Source: Fidelibacterota bacterium (GTDB lineage Bacteria > Fidelibacterota > Marinisomatia > Marinisomatales > UBA1611). From it: 64,000 nt of DNA. The position numbers and the translations under genes are program-made. The notes beneath the pieces are model-generated. The model did not search any database. It worked only from the letters and a program-made list of their open reading frames with translations, and was not told where the DNA came from. The DNA is taken from contig JABHUQ010000034.1 of assembly GCA_018658715.1 (NCBI GenBank), positions 86,230-150,229 on the forward strand, read 5' to 3'. Positions within the stretch are counted from its first letter, which is position 1. Every line of letters starts with the position of its first letter. Shown here piece by piece: positions 50,015 to 59,446 of this stretch.

Positions 50015-50914
50015 CTAGACTAACGCTGATGCAATTTCTGCACCAAGCTGAACATTGTTTAAAGCAAGCGACACATTCGTTTCCAAACTTCTTCCTTCCG
50101 TCACCTTTTTTATATGCCCCAAAAGAAATGGCGTTAAATCTTTACCGCTAATTCCTCTATCGCTCGCTAACTGAATAGCCTTTGATATATAAGTTTCTAT
50201 TTCAGACGAAACGACTTCATCTTGTTTGGGGACAGGATTTGCTACAAGAATAGCGGATGGTAATTTTGCTTTAACATGAGATTGAAATAGTCGCGCTATA
50301 TCATTTGGGGATTCTACAGAAAGGTGCAAAGAGACACCAGATTGGGTTGAATAAAATGCGGGAAATTCATTTGTTTTAAACCCCACTAGCGGAACCCCGA
50401 GCGTTTCTAACATTTCCACCGTTTTTGGAATATCCAAAATCGCTTTTGCTCCAGCAGACACAACAACCATTGGTATTTGAGAAAGGGCCGTTAAGTCTTG
50501 CGATACATCGAATGAATATTCCGCACCACGATGAACGCCGCCAATTCCGCCTGTTGCAAAAACGGATATACCCGCTTCTTTGGCAATATGCATCGTTGAT
50601 GAAACTGTGGTTGCGCCAGTCCATTTATGGGCGATTGCATATCCTATTTCATGTCGAGCTACTTTTTTAATATTTTTACCCGAAGCAATTATTTCTAATT
50701 CATCAGCAGAAAGCCCAACATGTATATTACCGCCTATAATGGCAATGGTGGCGGGGGCAACCCCAACAGACCTACAAAGGGATTCTGCTTTTTCTGCAAA
50801 AGATAGGTTTTCTGGATAAGGCATCCCGTGGGAAACAATAGTAGACTCTAGAGCTAAAACCGGCTTTTGGTTGGACAAAGCTGCGCCTACATCGGGTGAA
50901 AAATGAATATTCAT
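50015..50914 (-). CDS. psuG: Pseudouridine-5'-phosphate glycosidase
   Basis: 299 aa. VLALESTIVSHGMPYPEN, FATGGIGGVHRG, VVSAGAKAILD. Confidence 0.9.
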   Translation of the reverse strand: MNIHFSPDVGAALSNQKPVLALESTIVSHGMPYPENLSFAEKAESLCRSVGVAPATIAIIGGNIHVGLSADELEIIASGKNIKKVARHEIGYAIAHKWTGATTVSSTMHIAKEAGISVFATGGIGGVHRGAEYSFDVSQDLTALSQIPMVVVSAGAKAILDIPKTVEMLETLGVPLVGFKTNEFPAFYSTQSGVSLHLSVESPNDIARLFQSHVKAKLPSAILVANPVPKQDEVVSSEIETYISKAIQLASDRGISGKDLTPFLLGHIKKVTEGRSLETNVSLALNNVQLGAEIASALV

Positions 50915-50983
50915 AGGGGCAATTTATTCCATTACAAAGAACCTTCCGAACCCGTTTTTTAAAGATGTAAATTGCGCGCTTAA

Positions 50984-51268
50984 ATGAAAAGAAATAACGA
51001 ATTAAATCGAATAGATTCCACTGCCTACGGCCTTTCAGCTCGAACAAACCCGGTAAAAAGAAATGATAATTCAATTGCTATTGTCATTGATCGAAAAAGC
51101 AGAAAAGTCATGAAGGATTTTGACAGAATCTTACAAATTGTAGATCACGTTCAACAAAAAGATAAACATTTAACCTTCGTTGTTGCAACACCTGCCCCCG
51201 TATGCTCTAAAACAAAAAAAGCATTAAAATCAAAAAAAATTTTAACAATTTCGCCAAGTGATATATAA
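50984..51268 (+). CDS. Hypothetical small protein upstream of the MATE transporter
   Basis: 94 aa. Its stop lies 2 nt before the MATE start. No motif recognised, so it could be non-coding. Confidence 0.3.
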   Translation: MKRNNELNRIDSTAYGLSARTNPVKRNDNSIAIVIDRKSRKVMKDFDRILQIVDHVQQKDKHLTFVVATPAPVCSKTKKALKSKKILTISPSDI

Positions 51269-51270
51269 AA

Positions 51271-52689
51271 ATGTTTAAAGATGTTTTTCGATTAAAACCA
51301 ACACATCCGGACATCTCAAAAGAAGTTATCCGATTGGCGTGGCCGGTCATTTTCAGCAATTTTAGCCGAGTCCTCATGGGATTGGTAGATATGGCGATGG
51401 TAGGAAGATTAGGATCACCTGCTCTTGCCGCAACTGGAATGGGGGCTATGTTAACCTGGGCTATTATCTCTTTTGCAATCGGCTTAAGAACAGGGACGCA
51501 AACAATTACCGCTAGAAGATTAGGACAAAAGAAATATGACGAATGTGGTTTGGCTCTGCACAACGGCTTATTTATGGGATTGGTATATGGTATTCCAATG
51601 TCAATTATTGGCTTCAAATTTGCTCCAAATTTTGTACCCTTATTTTTAGGCGGAGAAGCAGGGCTATTATGTATCGAATATACCCAAGTAGCCTTTATAA
51701 GTGTATCAGTCACATCTTTAGCTTTCATTTTTCAGGGGTTTTTTGCTGGCGTCGAAAAAACAAAAATACACATGCAAGTTTCCATTACAAGCAACATTAT
51801 TAATGTGTATTTAAATGCTGGGTTAATTTATGGACTAGACGGATTAACTGCTTTTTTTGAATCATTAAACCTTGCGTGGATAATTCCTTTATGGTCTTGG
51901 TTTCCGTTTCCAGCGATGGGTGTTAAGGGGGCCGCTATAGCAACCGTTATCGCGTCGGGCTGGTCGTTTATTCACTATTCTACATTTTTATTTTCAAAGA
52001 AGATTAAACACAAATTTAATGTTCTTTCATTTTCACACGATTCAACAATGATGAAGAAACAATTTTGGCTTGCGCTTCCTATGGGAATTCAGGAAATGTT
52101 TAACAGTTTTGGTTGGTCGGTGTTTTACAAAATTATGGCATTGATTGGAATTGTTGAATTGGCAGCAACAGAATTAGCATTTCAGGTGATGCACGCATCT
52201 TTTATGCCCGCGATTGGAGTGGGGCAAGCTTGTTCTACTTTAGTAGGAAAGTATATGGGCGAAAAGAAAATAAAGAAAGCAGAAGCTAGTATAATTGAGA
52301 GCGTAAGGTTTTCAGAAATGATTATGGGCTCTGTTGGGGTGTTATTTATTTTATTTCCACATTGGATTGTTCCACTGTTTACAGCCGACCCCCAGGTGCA
52401 ATCATTAAGCATTATTGGGATTCGAATTATTGGTATTTTACAATTTTTTGATGCTGTTGGAATGACGTTATGGTTTGCATTGTCAGGAGCGGGTAACACT
52501 ATATATCCCGCAGTAGTTGAATCCGTGTTAATATGGGTCTTTATGTTGCCTGCGAGTTACTATTTCGGCGTTGTGTTAGGCTTCGGATTTTATGCGCCCT
52601 GGGTTTCAATATTTTTTATGATTGTCTCCTTCGCAGTGCTTATGGCTATAAAAATAAAAAAAGGCGATTGGAAAAAGATAGAAGTATAA
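51271..52689 (+). CDS. MATE family efflux transporter
   Basis: 472 aa, about 12 TM segments. N-terminal ...ISKEVIRLAWPVIFSNFSRVLMGLVDMAMVGRLG typical of MATE/NorM. Confidence 0.9.
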   Translation: MFKDVFRLKPTHPDISKEVIRLAWPVIFSNFSRVLMGLVDMAMVGRLGSPALAATGMGAMLTWAIISFAIGLRTGTQTITARRLGQKKYDECGLALHNGLFMGLVYGIPMSIIGFKFAPNFVPLFLGGEAGLLCIEYTQVAFISVSVTSLAFIFQGFFAGVEKTKIHMQVSITSNIINVYLNAGLIYGLDGLTAFFESLNLAWIIPLWSWFPFPAMGVKGAAIATVIASGWSFIHYSTFLFSKKIKHKFNVLSFSHDSTMMKKQFWLALPMGIQEMFNSFGWSVFYKIMALIGIVELAATELAFQVMHASFMPAIGVGQACSTLVGKYMGEKKIKKAEASIIESVRFSEMIMGSVGVLFILFPHWIVPLFTADPQVQSLSIIGIRIIGILQFFDAVGMTLWFALSGAGNTIYPAVVESVLIWVFMLPASYYFGVVLGFGFYAPWVSIFFMIVSFAVLMAIKIKKGDWKKIEV

Positions 52690-52767
52690 ACGGAGAAAAT
52701 ATTTTTATAAATTCAGGGCTCGATTGAGCAGGATTATTTTACAATTCAATTAGAAAAAGAGAGAAAC

Positions 52768-54690
52768 ATGCCAAAATTTGAAGGAATTAAATCTACTGCA
52801 GATGGCGCAGCGATCGTTGTTTGGGTAGAAACCCACATCACACAAGGGGCTTGCGCTTATCCAATTACGTCTTCCACAACTATGGGCTCTGGCTACCAGG
52901 CAGTTATCGCAAATGGTGGTACAAATATTTGGGGCGAAAACATGACTTTTATTGAGTCAGAATCAGAACACAGTGCCGCATCTGCCTGCGAAGGGTATGC
53001 GCTTTCTGGAGGGAGAGTAACAAACTTCACTTCTGGGCAAGGACTTGTCCTCATGAAAGAAGTTTTATATACCATTTCAGGAAAAAGATTACCAGTTGTT
53101 TTTCACATAGGAGCAAGAGCCCTTACGTCTCATTCGCTAAATGTTCATGCGGGACATGACGATGTAATGGCTGTGTCTGATGTTGGTTGGGGTATGTTGT
53201 TTGCTAAAAACGCACAAGAAACGGGTGACCTTGCTCTAATTTCTCGTCGCGTAGCAGAAGCCACAAGCACCCCTTTCTTTAATATTATGGATGGGTTTTT
53301 AACAACACACACAATTGAAAATGTTTTATTACACGAACCAGAAATGATGGATGAGTTTGTGGGAAAACCTCAAGACCATTTAGTAAATATGATGGATCCA
53401 TACCACCCGATCATGTCTGGGGTTGTTCAAAATCAAGATTCGTATATGAAGGGGAAAATTGCTCAACGTTTATATACAGATAAAACCGAAGAAACACTTA
53501 CCCAGGCTATGGATGAGTTCTACGAATTAACGGGTCGAAAATATGGATTAATATCTGAATATAAAATGGATGATGCAGAATATGCCATTGTTGGTTTAGG
53601 GTCCATGATCGAAACCGCAGAAACGACAGCGGACTATCTTAGGGAAGAAAAAGGCTTAAAGGTTGGCGTAGTTCATATAACATCCTATAGACCATTCCCC
53701 GGAAAACAAATTGTAGAAGCATTAAAGAAAGTAAAAGCGCTTTCAGTATTAGAAAGAATGGATAACCCGCTTGCGGAAAGCAACCCATTGACGCTTGAAA
53801 TAAAATCTGCTTTTACAGATAACCTAAAGCCTGACGAAAATGGAAATATTAAAATTCCAAAAATCTATTCAGGGTCTGCAGGCTTAGGCTCAAGAGATGT
53901 TCGACCAGATGATATAGCGGCAGTAGTTGAAAATATGTTTAAGGACGATAAAAAGTTTTTTGCCATAGGAATAGATCATGAATTAGCACTTGAAACAGGC
54001 GACTCTACAGATATTCGATGTGATGGAACTTTTTCTATGCGCGGTCACTCTGTGGGAGGATACGGCTCTGTAACAACAAATAAAATTATTGCTACAATTG
54101 TAGCGGACCTTTTCGATATGTATGTCCAGGCTTATCCAAAATACGGTTCCGAAAAAAAAGGATTACCAACAACGTATTATTTGACTGTAAGTCCAGAACG
54201 CGTTAAAACCCATAACGAACTAGAGTTTGTTGAATTTGTACCATTAAATGACATAAATGCCTTCAATCTTGCAAACCCACTAAAAGGATTACAACCCGGA
54301 GGTATGTTATTTGTTCAGAGCGCAAAAACAGATTCAAATGAAATTTGGAATGATTTTCCAAAGTGGGCACAACACACAATCCAGAAAGAAAATATTACTG
54401 TACTAGCGCTTGATACCGTAAAAATCGCTAAAGAAGTTTCATCTCGACCTGATTTAATTCAAAGAATGCAGGGAATAGTTCTTTTAGGAATATTCTTAAA
54501 AGCAACACCATTTTTAGAAAGATCAGGAGTAAGCGAAGATGATTTGATGGTAGGTGTAGAAAAATCATTACGGAAATATTTTGGAAAACGCGGGGAGCAA
54601 GTCGTTCAAGATAACTTAAATGCTGTAAAGCGCGGTTTCAATGAAGTTTTTGAGGTCAAACAGGACAAAACAGAGGAAGTACCAACATGA
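52768..54690 (+). CDS. 2-oxoacid (pyruvate-type):ferredoxin oxidoreductase, fused alpha+gamma (NifJ domains I-III)
   Basis: 640 aa. DGAAIVVWVETHITQGACAYPITSSTTMG...ESEHSAASACEGYALSGGRVTNFTSGQGLVLM aligns by eye with the NifJ/PFOR N-terminus. The C-terminal gamma-like region has GGYGSVTTNKII. Confidence 0.85.
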   Translation: MPKFEGIKSTADGAAIVVWVETHITQGACAYPITSSTTMGSGYQAVIANGGTNIWGENMTFIESESEHSAASACEGYALSGGRVTNFTSGQGLVLMKEVLYTISGKRLPVVFHIGARALTSHSLNVHAGHDDVMAVSDVGWGMLFAKNAQETGDLALISRRVAEATSTPFFNIMDGFLTTHTIENVLLHEPEMMDEFVGKPQDHLVNMMDPYHPIMSGVVQNQDSYMKGKIAQRLYTDKTEETLTQAMDEFYELTGRKYGLISEYKMDDAEYAIVGLGSMIETAETTADYLREEKGLKVGVVHITSYRPFPGKQIVEALKKVKALSVLERMDNPLAESNPLTLEIKSAFTDNLKPDENGNIKIPKIYSGSAGLGSRDVRPDDIAAVVENMFKDDKKFFAIGIDHELALETGDSTDIRCDGTFSMRGHSVGGYGSVTTNKIIATIVADLFDMYVQAYPKYGSEKKGLPTTYYLTVSPERVKTHNELEFVEFVPLNDINAFNLANPLKGLQPGGMLFVQSAKTDSNEIWNDFPKWAQHTIQKENITVLALDTVKIAKEVSSRPDLIQRMQGIVLLGIFLKATPFLERSGVSEDDLMVGVEKSLRKYFGKRGEQVVQDNLNAVKRGFNEVFEVKQDKTEEVPT

Positions 54691-56270
54691 GCACCTTAGT
54701 TTCAGAATTAAATAAAAAAACCGCCCATGACATTTTAGATGTCCAAGATTTTAATGAGCGAATTGTCGGAGCCTATAATACCGGAACAGCCGAAAATGGG
54801 CTACCGGCCGACGCAACAACAGCCCGCAGTTTAATCCCAGCGGGGACAGCAGCATTAAGGGATTTTAGTTATATTGCGCCTGATATTCCAAAATTCACAT
54901 CAGGCAATTGTGTGGCGTGCATGGAATGCGTTACGCAGTGTCCAGACACAGCTATCCTCGGCAAAGCCATTCCGGAATCAAAGCTTGAAGAAACACTTTC
55001 AAAGTTAGAATCTGGAGAATTAAAAGGATGGGTTTCAGAACAGTGGGCAGATACGAATAAATTTTATAAAGTTCCGGCAAAACAAGGTAAAGAACCTGCA
55101 AAATTTGGAATATTTGTAGACCCAACTAAATGTAAAGGCTGTGCGGAATGTGTAGACGCATGCGGAGACCACGAAGCGCTTTCTATGATTACAAAAAAGG
55201 ACGAAACAGTTCCAACCTACCAAGGGGCTTTTGACTTTTTTAATACACTAGGCGAAACACCATCTGATTATATTAATGAACGTGTTTTGGTTGATATGAT
55301 GTTAGCAAGCGACGCCATGTTGTTTACTGGTGGCGCCGGGTCTTGTATGGGTTGCGGAGAAGGTACAGCTTTGCGAATGATGTTGGCAGCAACAGGTTTT
55401 GTTTATGGGAAAGAAAGTATTGGGCTCGTGGCGGCAACAGGATGTAACACCGTTTATGGTTCGACGTATCCTTATAATCCTTTTATGGTGCCATGGACAA
55501 ACTCATTGTTTGAAAACGTATCAGCGGACGCAATGGGGATTCGAGCTCGTTGGGACCAAATGGGATGGCAAGATAAGAAATTATGGGCAATTGGCGGTGA
55601 TGGCGCTATGGTAGATATTGGCTTTCAAGCTATGTCTCGTATGTTGGCATCTGGAATGAATATTAATGTTCTTATTTTAGATACGCAGGTTTATTCTAAT
55701 ACAGGCGGACAAGCATCAACGGCTACATTTACAGGCCAAGATGCAAAAATGTCAATGGTTGGAAAAGAAATTGGTGGAAAAACAGAAAGAAGAAAAGAGA
55801 TTGCTAATCTATGTATGATGCATCCAGATGTATATGTCGCACAAACAACAGCTGCACACACCAATCATTTCTACAAAGCCATTATGGCTGCAAACGAATA
55901 CCAGGGACCCTCTGTTATTAATGCTTATACAACTTGCCAACCAGAGCATGGCGTAGCAGAGGATAGGGCAATGAATCAAGCAAAACTGGCAGCAGATTCT
56001 CGCGCATTCCCAGTTTTCATTTATGACCCAAGTAAAGGCGATAGATTTTCCGAACGACTTTCACTTCAAGGAAACCCAGCTAAAAACAAAGATTGGTTTA
56101 TTAATCCAAAAACAGAGGAAGCGACTGACTTTATTTCATTTGCAAAAACAGAAGGCCGATTTGCAAAACATTTTGATAAAGACGGAAATCCAGACGAAAT
56201 CATAATGGGAACACAAGAAGATCGCTTGAAAAACTGGCGTCTTTTACAAGAATTAGCAGGAGTTATTTAA
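54687..56270 (+). CDS. 2-oxoacid:ferredoxin oxidoreductase, fused delta (2x[4Fe-4S]) + beta (TPP-binding) (NifJ domains V-VI)
   Basis: 527 aa. CVACMECVTQCP and CKGCAECVDAC clusters. TPP motif GGDGAMVDIGFQAMSRMLASGMNINVLILDTQVYSNTGGQ. ATGA overlap with the upstream subunit. Confidence 0.85.
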   Translation: MSTLVSELNKKTAHDILDVQDFNERIVGAYNTGTAENGLPADATTARSLIPAGTAALRDFSYIAPDIPKFTSGNCVACMECVTQCPDTAILGKAIPESKLEETLSKLESGELKGWVSEQWADTNKFYKVPAKQGKEPAKFGIFVDPTKCKGCAECVDACGDHEALSMITKKDETVPTYQGAFDFFNTLGETPSDYINERVLVDMMLASDAMLFTGGAGSCMGCGEGTALRMMLAATGFVYGKESIGLVAATGCNTVYGSTYPYNPFMVPWTNSLFENVSADAMGIRARWDQMGWQDKKLWAIGGDGAMVDIGFQAMSRMLASGMNINVLILDTQVYSNTGGQASTATFTGQDAKMSMVGKEIGGKTERRKEIANLCMMHPDVYVAQTTAAHTNHFYKAIMAANEYQGPSVINAYTTCQPEHGVAEDRAMNQAKLAADSRAFPVFIYDPSKGDRFSERLSLQGNPAKNKDWFINPKTEEATDFISFAKTEGRFAKHFDKDGNPDEIIMGTQEDRLKNWRLLQELAGVI

Positions 56271-56876
56271 ATGATTGAAAAAACATTTCTACTCAAAAAT
56301 AATTCAAAAATAACAATCAGAGACTTATCATTAAAAGATGTTAATATATCGCTGGCGTTTTTTAAAGAAATCCCAGAATCTAAGAGAAGATATTTTAGGA
56401 GCGATGTTACAAATATCGGCCACTTAAAAGAGAGAGCCCTTCAATCTGAGAAAGGTAAAATTATACGAAGAATTGCTTTGATGGATGGTGAAATTGTGGG
56501 AGACACTTCTATTGAAATAAGTTCAGACTTATGGACAAGCGGAACCGCATATTTAAGGCTGGTTGTTCCTAAGCAATATATAGGCAAAGGAATTCAATTC
56601 ACATTAGCTAAAGACCTATATGATCTTGCTCAAGAAAAAAAGCTTAATAAAATCACCACAAAATTTATGCGCCCACAAAAAGACCTAATGAAGATATATA
56701 GCAATCTTGGGTTTAAGCTAGAAGGTGTTTTGCCTGATTATGTGCATGATTTAAAAGGAAAAGAACAAGATATGGTTGTTATGTTCGCAACCCTTGACGA
56801 TCTAAAATTAGCACATCAATTTATTGGTGAATGGTTAGACAGCGACCATAGTTCTGTTGGCGCAGGCGAAATGTAA
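56271..56876 (+). CDS. GNAT-family N-acetyltransferase
   Basis: 201 aa. Starts 1 nt after the PFOR stop. Acetyl-CoA-binding-like segment VVPKQYIGKGIQFTLAKDLYDLAQ. Confidence 0.65.
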   Translation: MIEKTFLLKNNSKITIRDLSLKDVNISLAFFKEIPESKRRYFRSDVTNIGHLKERALQSEKGKIIRRIALMDGEIVGDTSIEISSDLWTSGTAYLRLVVPKQYIGKGIQFTLAKDLYDLAQEKKLNKITTKFMRPQKDLMKIYSNLGFKLEGVLPDYVHDLKGKEQDMVVMFATLDDLKLAHQFIGEWLDSDHSSVGAGEM

Positions 56877-56903
56877 CATTTAATTATCAAAAGAGAGACT
56901 TAC

Positions 56904-59435
56904 GTGAATAAATGGATTATATATCCTATTTTAGCAATTTTAATATCATCCCAGCCCAGCCAGGCACAATCACCGCCTGATACTACCAAACAAAAAATAA
57001 TGGTTGGCGAAATACAACCAGTAGAAAAAACATTAATAGATCACTTATCAGGAAAAAATGTAATTCCGGGCTTTTTTAAAATCTATCAAGACTCTACCAC
57101 GGGGCAACTCTATTTATTGCTAGAAAAATCTCAACTCAATAAAGACTATATTTATTTTAATCATGCACACGATGGTGTTGTAGATGCAGGTTGGTTTGTT
57201 CGTGGCGCCTACCAAGGAAGCCGAATTTTTACATTAAGGAAACATTTTAATCAGATTGAATTCGTCTTTAAAAACACATCTTATTATTTTGACCCAACAA
57301 ACCCACTTTCGCGAGCTGCAGACGCCAATATCAGTGAAGCAGTAACAACATCTCAAAAAATAATTTTTCATGATGAAGAAAAAAACCAATATTTAATCGA
57401 TATTGATGGAGTACTTCGATCGGAGGCGTTACACCAAATTACTCAAGGAATAAACCCGGCTGACAAAACTAAAAACAAATTCAAGCTTGGTAAGATTGAT
57501 AAAAGTAAAACAAAAATCACATCCATAAAAAATTACCCAGAAAACACAGATGTTGTTGTTCAATACGTTTATAACAACCCAACGCCAACAAACTATGGCT
57601 CGGGCGGGGTGACTGATGCGCGCTATACCGCAATTACACTTCAACACAGCTTTATACAACTTCCTAATAACAATTACTCATTTCGCCTTGAAGATCCCCG
57701 GATAGGATATTTTTCAACTCAAGTTACAGACATGACATCCATTGATGTGGCGCCTTATCGAGACTATATCCACAGGTGGAACCTTAAGAAGAAACACCCG
57801 AATAAAGATATTTCTGAACCTATCAAGCCAATTGTATGGTGGATAGAAAATACTACACCCTATGAATTTAGAGACGCAATTAAAGAAGGTGTTCTTAGAT
57901 GGAATAAAGCTTTTGAAAAGGCGGGTTTTAAAAATGCAATGCAAGTTAAAATTCAACCAGATGATGCAAAGTGGGATGCGGGCGATATTCGATATAATGT
58001 TTTAAGATGGACATCGTCACCCAATCCCCCGTTTGGCGGCCTTGGACCAAGTTTTGTTAATCCGCTAACAGGTGAAATCCTTGGTGCAGATATTATGTTA
58101 GAATATGTGTATTTCACAAATCGCGTTAAATATGAACAACTGTTTCAAGCGAAAACACACAAAGATAGTGAACAAAATCAATATCAATATTGTAACTACG
58201 GCGCATCGATTCAAGATGGAAACTTGTATGCGAAAATGTTTTTAAATAACAATTCGTTGAACGGCTCACTTGAAGAACACCGATTGATAGAAGAAAGTAT
58301 TATAGAATTAGTACTTCATGAAGTCGGACACACCCTTGGGCTAAACCATAATTTTTTTGCATCTATGCTACACCCATTTAAAGATATACATAATAGAAGT
58401 ATCACAGAGCCTATTGGACTAACATCATCTGTTATGGATTATGCATATGTAAATGTGTCACCAGACAATCACGGGCAATTTTATACCACCACCCCTGGAC
58501 CCTATGATGTATGGGCAATTCAATATGGTTATGACCCAAATGAAGATAACTTATTGGGTTTATTAAACAAATCAACCGATCCAGCATTAGGATTTGGTAA
58601 TGATGCAGACGACATGAGATCGCCTGGACGAGGTATTGATCCGAGAATTATGATAAATGACATGAGTAACGACCCGCTGGCTTACGCAGAAGAACGTATA
58701 GGAATTACAAATGATTTAATGAAGGGCTTGAAAGACAGATACACCAAAGAAGGAAAAACATTTCACGAACTTAATAATGCGTTTGGTATTCTCTTTAAAG
58801 ACTACAGTCTGTCTGCAAATACAATTTCTAGATATATTGGCGGTATCTATATTGATCGGTCCGTCAGCGGCCAAAGCGGAGCAAATCAACCTCTAACACC
58901 CACCCCATATGAGACTCAGAAAAAAGCAATGCAACTGTTATCAAAATTTATTTTTTCTGAAACAGCAATGCCAATTCATTCTGAATTAATTCCATATTTA
59001 AAACCTCAAAGACGCGGGTTTAGTGGTACACCAGATCCAAAGACACTAAATATGAGATTTAATATTCAAAAGAATGTATTAAACCACCTTTTACACATAA
59101 ACGTGATGAAGCGCATTACCGAAACAACCGAATATGGAAACAATTATTCATTAAACGACGTTATAGGTGACATTATTGATGCTGGCTTTAAGTCTGACGC
59201 AACCGGGAATGTTTCTTCCTCAAGGGCAAACCTACAAACAGAGATTACAAATAGATTAATTATTATTTTAGAAAACAAAGGAAAGAAAAAATATAACCAT
59301 CTATCTGTTGAGTCAGTATATTTTGGCTTGTTGAAAATAAAGAAATATATTCACAAAAAACATGGCGCCAACACAACAACAAAAGCACATAGAGAGTATT
59401 TAGACTACCGAATTAAAAAAACATTAGAAAACTAA
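56904..59435 (+). CDS. Secreted zinc metalloprotease (metzincin-like; DUF4953/DUF5117-type architecture)
   Basis: 843 aa, GTG start, signal peptide. Zn motif LVLHEVGHTLGLNHNF. Confidence 0.8.
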   Translation: MNKWIIYPILAILISSQPSQAQSPPDTTKQKIMVGEIQPVEKTLIDHLSGKNVIPGFFKIYQDSTTGQLYLLLEKSQLNKDYIYFNHAHDGVVDAGWFVRGAYQGSRIFTLRKHFNQIEFVFKNTSYYFDPTNPLSRAADANISEAVTTSQKIIFHDEEKNQYLIDIDGVLRSEALHQITQGINPADKTKNKFKLGKIDKSKTKITSIKNYPENTDVVVQYVYNNPTPTNYGSGGVTDARYTAITLQHSFIQLPNNNYSFRLEDPRIGYFSTQVTDMTSIDVAPYRDYIHRWNLKKKHPNKDISEPIKPIVWWIENTTPYEFRDAIKEGVLRWNKAFEKAGFKNAMQVKIQPDDAKWDAGDIRYNVLRWTSSPNPPFGGLGPSFVNPLTGEILGADIMLEYVYFTNRVKYEQLFQAKTHKDSEQNQYQYCNYGASIQDGNLYAKMFLNNNSLNGSLEEHRLIEESIIELVLHEVGHTLGLNHNFFASMLHPFKDIHNRSITEPIGLTSSVMDYAYVNVSPDNHGQFYTTTPGPYDVWAIQYGYDPNEDNLLGLLNKSTDPALGFGNDADDMRSPGRGIDPRIMINDMSNDPLAYAEERIGITNDLMKGLKDRYTKEGKTFHELNNAFGILFKDYSLSANTISRYIGGIYIDRSVSGQSGANQPLTPTPYETQKKAMQLLSKFIFSETAMPIHSELIPYLKPQRRGFSGTPDPKTLNMRFNIQKNVLNHLLHINVMKRITETTEYGNNYSLNDVIGDIIDAGFKSDATGNVSSSRANLQTEITNRLIIILENKGKKKYNHLSVESVYFGLLKIKKYIHKKHGANTTTKAHREYLDYRIKKTLEN

Positions 59436-59446
59436 ATAGGAAAAAA

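Noticed and set aside
51207-51728. 173-aa minus-strand ORF, plus 50772-51074 (100 aa) and several 60-130-aa antisense ORFs inside gyrA, gyrB, mfd, mnmG, dnaN and PFOR.
   Set aside because: All lie antisense to or out of frame with strongly supported conserved genes. They have biased or low-complexity composition and no motifs.
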